Origin: a virus | Length of the DNA stretch: 40,646 nt | Virus record (IMG/VR): IMGVR_UViG_3300006039_000001 | Strand: one strand, 5' to 3' | Shown: one piece after another, positions 32,485 to 40,031 of the stretch | Layout of the letters: every line of letters starts with the position of its first letter | How positions within the stretch are numbered: the stretch's first letter is position 1 | Position numbers and translations under genes: made by a program | Notes under the pieces: generated by a model | Database searches by the model: none | The model's input: only the letters and a program-made list of their open reading frames with translations | Told to the model about the DNA's origin: nothing

Positions 32485-33599
32485 AGCCAGCCTTCTACAA
32501 CGAGATCGACCCCTTCGCCGCCGCCTGGCTGCGCGAACTCATCAAAGCCGGCCACATCGCCCCGGGCATCGTGGACGAGCGAAGCATTGAAGACATCAAA
32601 CCGCGAGACCTCGATGGATTTTCACAATGCCACTTCTTCGCCGGGATCGGCGTCTGGTCCCTTGCTCTGCGCCGAGCCGGATGGCCTGATGACCGACCTG
32701 TTTGGACCGGTTCCTGTCCTTGCCAACCTTTCAGCGCGGCAGGCCAAGGAGTTGGGTTTGATGACGAGCGGCACCTCTGGCCTCACTTCCATTGGCTCAT
32801 CCAAGAGTGCCGCCCTGCAAGCGTCCTTGGTGAGCAGGTTGCAAGCAAGGACGCAGATCCTTGGATCGACCTTGTTCAAATTGACTTGGAAGCCCTGGGT
32901 TTTGCCTTCGGGGCGGTCGCTTTCCCGTCTGCGAGCGTCGGTGCCCCGCACATCAGGGACCGTACCTACTGGGTGGCCCACGCCCAAAGTCGCGGACACC
33001 AACGGTCCCGGGGACTCGGCGAATCGACAGGGCGGAATGGCGCTACACACGGCGGCGCAGCTCTCATCCTGGCCCACAACCACCAGCACGGACGCGGTGC
33101 GCTGCCCCTCGCAGGGCTTCACGACGCCCAACGTGACGTTGAACCACGCGGCGGTGCTGGCGGGTTGGACAACACCAGACAAGACCATGACGCAGCACAA
33201 GTCAGTGCCGCCAGTGTTGGGCAATCGCAAGCCGACCGACCCGCAAATCTCGCTGGCGGATCAGGCATTTCACCTAGCGGGCTGGCCGACACCGACCACG
33301 GTGCTGAACACCGGAACACCGGAGCAATTCATCGCGCGCAAATCGCGTACGCAGAAGACGGTAGGGACGATTACGGACCTGTCGGTGGCGGTGAAGCTGG
33401 CGAACGGCCCGGCCCGACTAACGGCCCATGGCGTGATGCTGACTGGCTCTTGTGCCGGGATGGAAAGTGGCGGCCAGTTGAACCCGGCACATTCCCGCTG
33501 GCTCATGGGGCTCCCGCCCGAGTGGGACGTCTGCGCGGTTATGGCAATGCAATCAATGCCTACCAGGCGCAAATCTTCATTGAAGCGGTGATGGCATGA
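32481..33599 (+). CDS. DNA (cytosine-5) methyltransferase (frame A); the middle third is of doubtful coding status
   Basis: FFAGIGVW (motif I), GSCPCQPFSAAG (motif IV), LGEQV (motif VI-like), GAPHIRDR (motif VIII), C-terminal LRGYGNAINAYQAQIFIEAV (motif X). The middle ~140 aa are low-complexity with poor third-position GC. Confidence 0.7.
   Translation: MKPAFYNEIDPFAAAWLRELIKAGHIAPGIVDERSIEDIKPRDLDGFSQCHFFAGIGVWSLALRRAGWPDDRPVWTGSCPCQPFSAAGQGVGFDDERHLWPHFHWLIQECRPASVLGEQVASKDADPWIDLVQIDLEALGFAFGAVAFPSASVGAPHIRDRTYWVAHAQSRGHQRSRGLGESTGRNGATHGGAALILAHNHQHGRGALPLAGLHDAQRDVEPRGGAGGLDNTRQDHDAAQVSAASVGQSQADRPANLAGGSGISPSGLADTDHGAEHRNTGAIHRAQIAYAEDGRDDYGPVGGGEAGERPGPTNGPWRDADWLLCRDGKWRPVEPGTFPLAHGAPARVGRLRGYGNAINAYQAQIFIEAVMA
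32689..33591 (+). CDS. Nested +1-frame ORF (frame B) with WPTP repeats and an LNP…WLMGxP motif; either an overprinted gene or the frameshifted methyltransferase TRD
   Basis: 300 aa from ATG 32689 (ORF open from 32587). GSTLFKLTWKPWVLPSGRSLSRLRASVPRTSG, GWPTPKVAD / GWTTPD / GWPTPT, SGGQLNPAHSRWLMGLPPEWD. Third-position GC ~79% in its middle vs ~57% for frame A (hand count). Confidence 0.55.
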   Translation: MTDLFGPVPVLANLSARQAKELGLMTSGTSGLTSIGSSKSAALQASLVSRLQARTQILGSTLFKLTWKPWVLPSGRSLSRLRASVPRTSGTVPTGWPTPKVADTNGPGDSANRQGGMALHTAAQLSSWPTTTSTDAVRCPSQGFTTPNVTLNHAAVLAGWTTPDKTMTQHKSVPPVLGNRKPTDPQISLADQAFHLAGWPTPTTVLNTGTPEQFIARKSRTQKTVGTITDLSVAVKLANGPARLTAHGVMLTGSCAGMESGGQLNPAHSRWLMGLPPEWDVCAVMAMQSMPTRRKSSLKR

Positions 33600-33787
33600 G
33601 ATGCCAAGCCTGTCAGCGCCCGATGAATTCCCCCGCATACACGCAGCAGACGCGAGGCCGGCTGATCTTCTACGGCCCCAAGTGCGCCCGCAAGGCTGGG
33701 CTGATCGAGCGCAAAGAGCGCCACAAGCCCGCCCAGGCGCAGCCAGCGGCGGACCCAAACCAATTGGCCCTGGAGTTCAACCAGTGA
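33596..33787 (+). CDS. Small zinc-finger protein
   Basis: 63 aa, MRCQACQRPM…GPKC, ATGA-coupled. Confidence 0.5.
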   Translation: MRCQACQRPMNSPAYTQQTRGRLIFYGPKCARKAGLIERKERHKPAQAQPAADPNQLALEFNQ

Positions 33788-34437
33788 AGCGCAGCACCCC
33801 CATGAAGCGCACACCGCTCAAGCGCGCGGGCCCGGCCACCACCACGGTCAAGCCGCTCAAGCCCAAGACATGCAGCAAGGCCAAGGGCGGGTGCGGCGAA
33901 GTTTTCACCCCCACCAGGGCGATGCAGGGCCCATGCGGGCCAGCGTGCGCCATGGCGTTTGTTGCCAAGGCAAAGGCCAAGAGCGCGGCAAAGGCCAAAT
34001 CTGACGAGCTCAAGGCAGACCGCGCAAAGCTGGAGGCCATGAAGTCCATGGGCAAGCTTCGCGGCGAGGTGCAAACCGCATTCAACCTGTTCATCCGCCT
34101 GCGGGACAAGGACAAGCCCTGCATTTGCTGCGGCAAGCCCCTGGGCGACCCGCGCTACGGCGGGGCCTATGACGCTGGCCACTGGCTTTCGCGCGGCTCA
34201 TCGCCAAACCTTGCCTTCGATGAGCGCAACGTCAACGCCCAGCGCAAGGGCTGCAACAGGCCGGGCGGCACCACGCGCGCCAAGTTCCGCGCAGGAATGA
34301 TCGCCCGATGGGGCATTGCCGTGGTCGAGGCGCTTGAGGCCGACCAGGCCGTGCGCCACCACACAAAAGACGAACTGCGCGCCATGCGTGCGGAATACCG
34401 GGCGAAAGCCAAGCAACTGATGGAGACATGCGTATGA
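33784..34437 (+). CDS. ninG: NinG/Rap-like recombination endonuclease
   Basis: …CSKAKGGCGEVFTP…PCGPACA…FNLFIRLRDKDKPCICCGKPL…YDAGHWLSRG…NLAFDERNVNAQRKGCNR matches the lambda NinG family layout. GTG 33784 in a GTGA overlap (alternative ATG 33802). Confidence 0.78.
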   Translation: MKRSTPMKRTPLKRAGPATTTVKPLKPKTCSKAKGGCGEVFTPTRAMQGPCGPACAMAFVAKAKAKSAAKAKSDELKADRAKLEAMKSMGKLRGEVQTAFNLFIRLRDKDKPCICCGKPLGDPRYGGAYDAGHWLSRGSSPNLAFDERNVNAQRKGCNRPGGTTRAKFRAGMIARWGIAVVEALEADQAVRHHTKDELRAMRAEYRAKAKQLMETCV

Positions 34438-34847
34438 TTGAGGCAGTAGATTTCCACCACGTACCAGAGCGCCAGCGCGAGATTGACGCCAAGCTGGTGA
34501 ACTGGGCGCGGTGGTGCGCCCCAGGCCGCGCCAATTGGGGCATCCAGCCGATGTTCAGGGGTTACCGCCCATACCTCTACCCGGAGATCCCCGCCAGCAC
34601 GCCTATCGATGTAGTCCAGGCCGTCGAGGTTCAGAAGACCATGGCCCACGTCCAGCCATCCAATCGGCACGCCCTGCATTGGTTCTACATCTACCGCGAC
34701 AACCCATCGAAGATGGCCCGCAACCTGGCGGTGTCGAGAGATGGATTGCTTGGCATCGTCACTGATGGCCGCGATATGGTTAAAAACCGCTTGACTGTTG
34801 ATAAACCCATGTGTATATTGCCAGCCAACGTGAGCTTATTTGCATAG
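34434..34847 (+). CDS. Late-gene regulator, antiterminator Q-like (tentative)
   Basis: EIDAKLVNWARWC… plus C-terminal …NRHALHWFYIYRDNPSKMARNLAVSRDGLLGIV resembles Q-type/late regulators. The gene is followed directly by a strong promoter and a terminator upstream of the structural genes. Confidence 0.5.
   Translation: MIEAVDFHHVPERQREIDAKLVNWARWCAPGRANWGIQPMFRGYRPYLYPEIPASTPIDVVQAVEVQKTMAHVQPSNRHALHWFYIYRDNPSKMARNLAVSRDGLLGIVTDGRDMVKNRLTVDKPMCILPANVSLFA
34791..34819 (+). promoter_or_regulatory. Near-consensus sigma70 promoter (candidate late promoter, PR'-like)
   Basis: TTGACT (34791-96), 17 nt, TATATT (34814-19), embedded in the AT-rich 3' end of the Q-like gene. Confidence 0.7.
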
Positions 34848-34899
34848 GGCGTTGGCATCCAATAGGAGGATGCGGCGCCTCTAGTCAAGCCCACCAAGA

Positions 34900-34936
34900 A
34901 CCCGCCCCGGAGCAATCTGCGGCGGGTTTTGTCGTT
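34900..34936 (+). terminator. Rho-independent terminator ~80-110 nt downstream of the late promoter (tR'-like)
   Basis: ACCCGCC (34900-06) pairs with GGCGGGT (34921-27), followed by TTTTGTCGTT. Confidence 0.7.
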
Positions 34937-35308
34937 CTGCGCCATCCTTGACATGCGGGGGTTGGCCAGTCCGAGGCTGGCGAGTGACCCCAGTGAGCGG
35001 ATGACCTGCATGACCGGCCACCTGGGCGATGCGCTTGCCGGACGCGCACTCTCTAGCCCACACAAGCGAACTACGAGCCTTAGAGCGTCATAGCTTGGGC
35101 AGAACTCGGGTGCAATACCGCCGGATGCGTAACCGGCAACCTTTCCATGCTGGGCCGATCCTCCAAATCCTGCTTTTGCTGTACTGACAGGATCTGCGCC
35201 CAGCGCCCACACCGCGCGCTGACTGAGCGAATCAGCAGCATGCCCCGATGCTTTGGTAAGGGCAGATCCTCCGGCTCTCCCCGGTTTCACGCGCGGCAGG
35301 CGGGATCT

Positions 35309-35659
35309 ATGTTGAAAAACAATCAAACGAAATCAATGAATTCAAAAGGCGGCACGCGGCCTGGTGCCGGTCGCCCCAAGGGTGTGCCAAACAAGGTAAC
35401 CGCCGAGTTCAGAGACACCGTGCGTGAGTTGCTTGAGAACAATGCCGCCAATGTCGGCAGGTGGTTGACGCTGGTTGCAGAGGGTGACGGCACGGATCAC
35501 GGCAAGCCGGACCCGGGCAAGGCGCTGGACTTGCTTGCCAAGTTCGCCGAGTTCGCTGCGCCAAAGCTGGCTCGCACCGAGGTGACAGGAGAAGGTGGCG
35601 GGCCAGTGCAGACAGAGCGCACAGTTCGTTTTGTGAAGCCTGAGCAGGATGGCAAGTAG
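35309..35659 (+). CDS. Terminase small subunit (tentative)
   Basis: 116 aa. The N-terminus GGTRPGAGRPKGVPNK is typical of small terminase DNA-binding N-termini. Overlaps the TerL start. Confidence 0.6.
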   Translation: MLKNNQTKSMNSKGGTRPGAGRPKGVPNKVTAEFRDTVRELLENNAANVGRWLTLVAEGDGTDHGKPDPGKALDLLAKFAEFAAPKLARTEVTGEGGGPVQTERTVRFVKPEQDGK

Positions 35660-36950
35660 TGATTGGGAGTTGCCCGCAAAGCTGGCATTCCTGTTTGAGC
35701 CCCATCGCTACAAGGTAGCGCGTGGTGGTCGAGGTAGTGGCAAGAGTTGGAGCTTCGCGCGCGCCCTGCTGATCAAGGGCTATGAAAAGCCCATCCGTGT
35801 GCTGTGTACGCGGGAAGTGCAGAAGTCGATTAAGCAATCGGTTCATCAACTGCTGAAGGATCAGATTTCAGCGTTAGGGCTTGATTCTGAATATGAAGTG
35901 CTGGCCACTGAGGTTAGGGGCAAGAACGGAACGCGGTTCTATTTCTCCGGGCTGTCCGACCAAACCGCCGACAGCATCAAGTCGTTTGAGGGCGTTGACA
36001 TCGTATGGGTCGAAGAAGGCCAGACGATCACGTCTCGTAGCTGGAAGATCCTGATCCCCACCATCCGCAAGGATGGGTCCGAGATCTGGGTTAGCTACAA
36101 CCCCGAGTTGGAGAGCGACGAGACGCATCAGCGCTTTGTGATGACGCCTCCGCCTGATTGCATGTCGGTGGTGGTGAACTACTGCGACAACCCATGGTTC
36201 CCGGAGGTGCTTGAGAAGGAGCGCCTTCACGCCAAGGCCACGTTGTCGGCTGAAGAGTACGGAAACATCTGGGGTGGTTTGTGCTTGCCTGCTGTGGCTG
36301 GCGCCATCTACTTCAATGAGATTGCGAAGGCTGAGGCAACTGGCCGTATCGGGCGCTTCCCGATGGATCCGAAGCTCAAGGTGCATCGCATCTGGGACAT
36401 GGGTTGGAACGATTGCATGTCGATCATCCTGGCCCAGCGGCAGGGGCCAACGATCACCATCGTGGGGTATGTGACCGGCACGCACCGCACAACTGCGAAC
36501 TACATCGCAGAGTTCAAGACACCGGCCTACAAGGGTTGGAACTGGGGCGCCGACTACCTGCCGCACGATGGGTTTGCCAACAGCAGGCAGACAGGCAAGG
36601 CTGATGCGGACGTGCTGCGCGGCCTGGGTTGTCAGGTGATCCAGACGCCAAGCATGGAAGTGGAGGCGGGGATTCGTTCGGCGCGAATGATCTTCCCTCG
36701 GATTTACATCGACAAGCAGGCAACGGAGTCGCAAGACCCCGAGTTGCCTGGCTTGGTTGAGTGCTTGAAGCGCTACAGGCGCCGGATTAACCAGCAGACG
36801 CAGACGCCGGAAGGCCCGCTTCATGACATCCATAGCAATGGCGCGGATGCGTTTAGGTACTTGGCAATCAATGCCGACCAGCTGGATAACGAGGACTACG
36901 GCGGCGTGATCGATCAACCAATGGCAGACAGCGACGGCATCTTTTTCTAA
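35649..36950 (+). CDS. terL: Terminase large subunit (PBSX/Terminase_3-type)
   Basis: ARGGRGSGKSWSFARALL (Walker A), VDIVWVEEGQ (Walker B), plus a C-terminal nuclease half. 433 aa. Confidence 0.93.
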   Translation: MASSDWELPAKLAFLFEPHRYKVARGGRGSGKSWSFARALLIKGYEKPIRVLCTREVQKSIKQSVHQLLKDQISALGLDSEYEVLATEVRGKNGTRFYFSGLSDQTADSIKSFEGVDIVWVEEGQTITSRSWKILIPTIRKDGSEIWVSYNPELESDETHQRFVMTPPPDCMSVVVNYCDNPWFPEVLEKERLHAKATLSAEEYGNIWGGLCLPAVAGAIYFNEIAKAEATGRIGRFPMDPKLKVHRIWDMGWNDCMSIILAQRQGPTITIVGYVTGTHRTTANYIAEFKTPAYKGWNWGADYLPHDGFANSRQTGKADADVLRGLGCQVIQTPSMEVEAGIRSARMIFPRIYIDKQATESQDPELPGLVECLKRYRRRINQQTQTPEGPLHDIHSNGADAFRYLAINADQLDNEDYGGVIDQPMADSDGIFF

Positions 36951-39016
36951 TGGATACATCCTCGATTTCCACCCACCTCGAAGGGCAATTGCAGCGTTGG
37001 CGCGATGCCAGGCGCGAGCAAGAGCGCAAGATGGTGGAGTGGTACTCCGATTACATGCGAATTGCGCGTGAGGATGACACCAAGGGGAGCGGCGCAGCCA
37101 AGTCACGCCAGGCCAAAGGCATCTTCATCGGCAGCACCCGCAACAAGGTGCGCGCAGCACGGGCCAAGATCGTTGATTCGATGTTTGGCGCGAACAAGTT
37201 CCCGTTTGACACCGAGCCGGTGAACGAGCAACTAAAGCAGTTCTCCGACACGTTCGAGACCATCTTGGAGCAACAGCTTTCCGAGATGAAGGCCGAGAAG
37301 CTGCTGCGTAACGGCGTGGACGAAATCTCGATCTACGGGACTGGCTTCATCTTTGGACCGTTCACGGAGACTAAGAAGAAGAAGGATGTGCAGCGTCAAG
37401 TTGACCCAGTGACGGGCGTTGCCCGCATGGCCACGGTCGAGCACGAGTACCCATGCCCACGCTTCGACCTGGCGCAGTCAATCGAGGTCTACCCAGACCC
37501 AGCCGCCACCGACGAGCAAAAAGGCGGCGGCGTCTTCTGGTGCTCCATGTCCACGGTGGACGAGGTAAAGAAGTGGCGCAAGGACCCGCGCTATTCGAAT
37601 GTCGATGAGGCCCTGTCTATCGGCACGTCCAGCGGTGACGGCCAGACCGAGGGCCGCGAGTACCTTGAGCAGGCTAGGCGCAATCTGGAATTCTGGTACG
37701 ACAAAGAGTCGGGCCGGATGCGCATTGCCCGGTTCTTTGGCAACGTGCCGGCCGAGATGATGCGTTCGCCCGATGAGGTTGGCGGCACGGATGAAACATC
37801 AGCGCTGCTGGGTGATGACATCGCGGTCATGGCCATCGTCGTTGGTGGCGTGTGCGTGCGCTGCGAGCCCATGCCGTGGGAAAAGCGCCCAGCCGCGCGA
37901 TGCGTGTACGAGGAAGTTGCCCACGAAATGTGGGGTGTTGGCGTGGCCGAGAACAACGCGCCCACGCAGAAGATCACCAATGCCGCGGTGCGCCTGTTCC
38001 TGGAGGGCAAGGGTCACGCGCTGATGGCCCAGCGCAGCGTAGACCGCTCCAAGTTCCTGCCAACCGAGGACTTCAAGCAGTTCCCTGGCAAGACCTACCA
38101 GTTCAAGCCGAACCTGACGCCTGAAGAGCGTCAAACGGCCATCATGTTCCACCCAACGCCGGACGTAACAGACGGCTGGCAGGCGGTGATTGAGATGGCC
38201 GAGCAGTTCAGCGACGATGACACGGCCATCACCAAGTACACGCAGGGCAACGACAGTAGCAACCTGAACAAGACTGCTACCGGGATCAGCATGATCATGG
38301 GCGCCTCCGCCCTGCCTCTGAAAGAGGTCTTGCAGAACATCGATTCCATGTGGATCGAGCGCATTGTTGAAGACCTCATTGCCTGGGATCTTGAGTTCCT
38401 GGAAGTCGAGCATGTGCAAATGCTTCACGGCGATGAGGTTGCCCAGGTGTGGCAGCAGATCAAGGAGTTCGGCCAAAGCCACTTCATGACCTGGAAGGCC
38501 ACGGGCGCGGCTACGTTCATGGCCAAAGAGGTCTTGCTGAACAAGCTGATGGGCTTCATCAACCTGGTTGGCGCGAACCCGACCATGGCGGCGCTGGTGG
38601 ACATGCGCGAGTTGCTTGAGCAGGCATGGGACCTGACCCAGATCGGCAAGGAGAGCCCGATCCTCAAGGAGGAAGACCTGACCATGGAGAGCTTGCCGCC
38701 TCAAGTGCAGCAAATGATCCAGCAGTTGCAGGAAGCCGCCCAGATGGGTGAGCAGGCGCAGCAGCAGATCGAGCAGTTGAAGCAAGAGGCCATGGCGGCC
38801 ATTGAAGACCATCAGCAAGAGATCAATCGGCTGACGTTGGCGCTTCAAGACAAGAGCGAAGAGACGCGGGTGAAAGAGTTCGACGCTGAAACCAAGCGGA
38901 TCGACGTTGAGGGCAACCTCGAAAACCAACAGCTTCAAACGCTCGCACAGGTCGAAATGGCCGATATGAGCGCAAACCAGCAAGAACCAGCCGAGAACGA
39001 TGGATCTGAAGAGTAG
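36950..39016 (+). CDS. Portal protein with a C-terminal Q/E-rich coiled-coil extension
   Basis: 688 aa, immediately after TerL (TAATG junction). The C-terminus QQMIQQLQEAAQMGEQAQQQIEQLKQEAMAAIEDHQQEINRL… recalls the P22 portal barrel. Confidence 0.85.
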   Translation: MDTSSISTHLEGQLQRWRDARREQERKMVEWYSDYMRIAREDDTKGSGAAKSRQAKGIFIGSTRNKVRAARAKIVDSMFGANKFPFDTEPVNEQLKQFSDTFETILEQQLSEMKAEKLLRNGVDEISIYGTGFIFGPFTETKKKKDVQRQVDPVTGVARMATVEHEYPCPRFDLAQSIEVYPDPAATDEQKGGGVFWCSMSTVDEVKKWRKDPRYSNVDEALSIGTSSGDGQTEGREYLEQARRNLEFWYDKESGRMRIARFFGNVPAEMMRSPDEVGGTDETSALLGDDIAVMAIVVGGVCVRCEPMPWEKRPAARCVYEEVAHEMWGVGVAENNAPTQKITNAAVRLFLEGKGHALMAQRSVDRSKFLPTEDFKQFPGKTYQFKPNLTPEERQTAIMFHPTPDVTDGWQAVIEMAEQFSDDDTAITKYTQGNDSSNLNKTATGISMIMGASALPLKEVLQNIDSMWIERIVEDLIAWDLEFLEVEHVQMLHGDEVAQVWQQIKEFGQSHFMTWKATGAATFMAKEVLLNKLMGFINLVGANPTMAALVDMRELLEQAWDLTQIGKESPILKEEDLTMESLPPQVQQMIQQLQEAAQMGEQAQQQIEQLKQEAMAAIEDHQQEINRLTLALQDKSEETRVKEFDAETKRIDVEGNLENQQLQTLAQVEMADMSANQQEPAENDGSEE

Positions 39017-39242
39017 AGCCGCCGAACTCACCCAACAAATGGAGGCCATGCGTAATGCGTGGCCTTTTTTATTGCCTGTCATCCAAGAGATGCAGGCGAG
39101 CAAGACACAAACCCTGATCGCAGCCGAGAACCCCGAGGCGCGAGGCGCCATCAAGGCGCTACAGGGGTTGATTGACCTGCCCGAGACGGTGAAAGCCGAG
39201 CTTGAGCAGATACGGCAGCAACTGGAAGACCTTCCCGAATAG
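39000..39242 (+). CDS. Hypothetical small helical protein
   Basis: 80-aa ORF overlapping the portal 3' end by 17 nt. The start is uncertain. Confidence 0.4.
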   Translation: MDLKSRAAELTQQMEAMRNAWPFLLPVIQEMQASKTQTLIAAENPEARGAIKALQGLIDLPETVKAELEQIRQQLEDLPE

Positions 39243-39307
39243 GCGGTTAGACCGGGCGTTGCATTCGTGGACTCTGACGATTAGTCACCCACAGCGAGAG
39301 TAGGCAA

Positions 39308-40015
39308 ATGAGCGAACTGAACGAGCAGCAAGAGCAGCAAGAAGAGACGCAAACCGAGCTTCCTGAAGAAGGCGCGGCCCTTGAGACCAATGAGGTTGTC
39401 GAGACTCCCGAAGCCAAGGAAGAGCAGCCGCAGGAAGACGTTGAGACGCTGAGAAAGCGCCTCGCTGATACCCAGCGTTGGGCGCACCAGCTCAACGAAG
39501 AGAAGCGGCAGCGCCAGCAACAGGAAGAGGCCAACAGGCTGAAGACGTTGCAGGACGGTTTGGACCCTGAAGCGGTCAATTTCGTGGATCGAGCAATCGA
39601 ACTGCGGGAAATGAAGACGCGCCAGGACCTTGAGCGGAAGAACCGAGAAGCCAGCGAGGCCGTGTATGAAGCGGTCCCCAACTTCGATGCCCTGGTGGGC
39701 AATCCGATCTTTGATGCTGAGTTAGCGAAGCAGGCGCAGGCGTTGGTGGCGGCGGGCAAAGACCCGATGAAGCCGACATTGGCCGTCGCCGCTGTTCTTG
39801 AAGCAAAACGTCAGTTTGACACGAGCCAAGCGCGGACGGATGCGGAAGCAGCCGAGAAAACCCGCAAAACCTCAAAGATGGCGGCCATGAACGTCCCCGG
39901 ATCTGGTGCTGCGGCTCACGCCAAAGCCAAGAGCCCCGAGGAGGAAGCGGCCGCTGTGTGGAATATGAGCGCTGAAGAATTCGCAAAGGCGAAGGCCAAG
40001 GCGCGTGGCTTCTAA
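39308..40015 (+). CDS. Scaffolding protein
   Basis: 235 aa with a highly acidic N-terminus (EQQEQQEETQTELPEE…) and a helical/coiled-coil body. Lies between the portal and capsid genes. Confidence 0.65.
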   Translation: MSELNEQQEQQEETQTELPEEGAALETNEVVETPEAKEEQPQEDVETLRKRLADTQRWAHQLNEEKRQRQQQEEANRLKTLQDGLDPEAVNFVDRAIELREMKTRQDLERKNREASEAVYEAVPNFDALVGNPIFDAELAKQAQALVAAGKDPMKPTLAVAAVLEAKRQFDTSQARTDAEAAEKTRKTSKMAAMNVPGSGAAAHAKAKSPEEEAAAVWNMSAEEFAKAKAKARGF

Positions 40016-40031
40016 CGAAAGGAATTGAGCC

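Noticed and set aside
32985-33000. CCCAAAG at the frame A to frame B junction, considered as a programmed frameshift site.
   Set aside because: The heptamer is not in the X_XXY_YYZ phase for frame A (codons GCC CAA AGT). The required shift is +1, not -1. Frame B homology-like motifs extend ~300 nt upstream of this point, so a simple slip here does not explain the data.
35040-35160. Possible tRNA or other small RNA gene in the terminase leader; catagcttgggcaga looks vaguely like a D-arm.
   Set aside because: I could not build a cloverleaf. There is no GTTCRANNC T-loop, no 7-bp acceptor pairing, and the CCGG-n8-CCGG hairpin has the wrong loop size.
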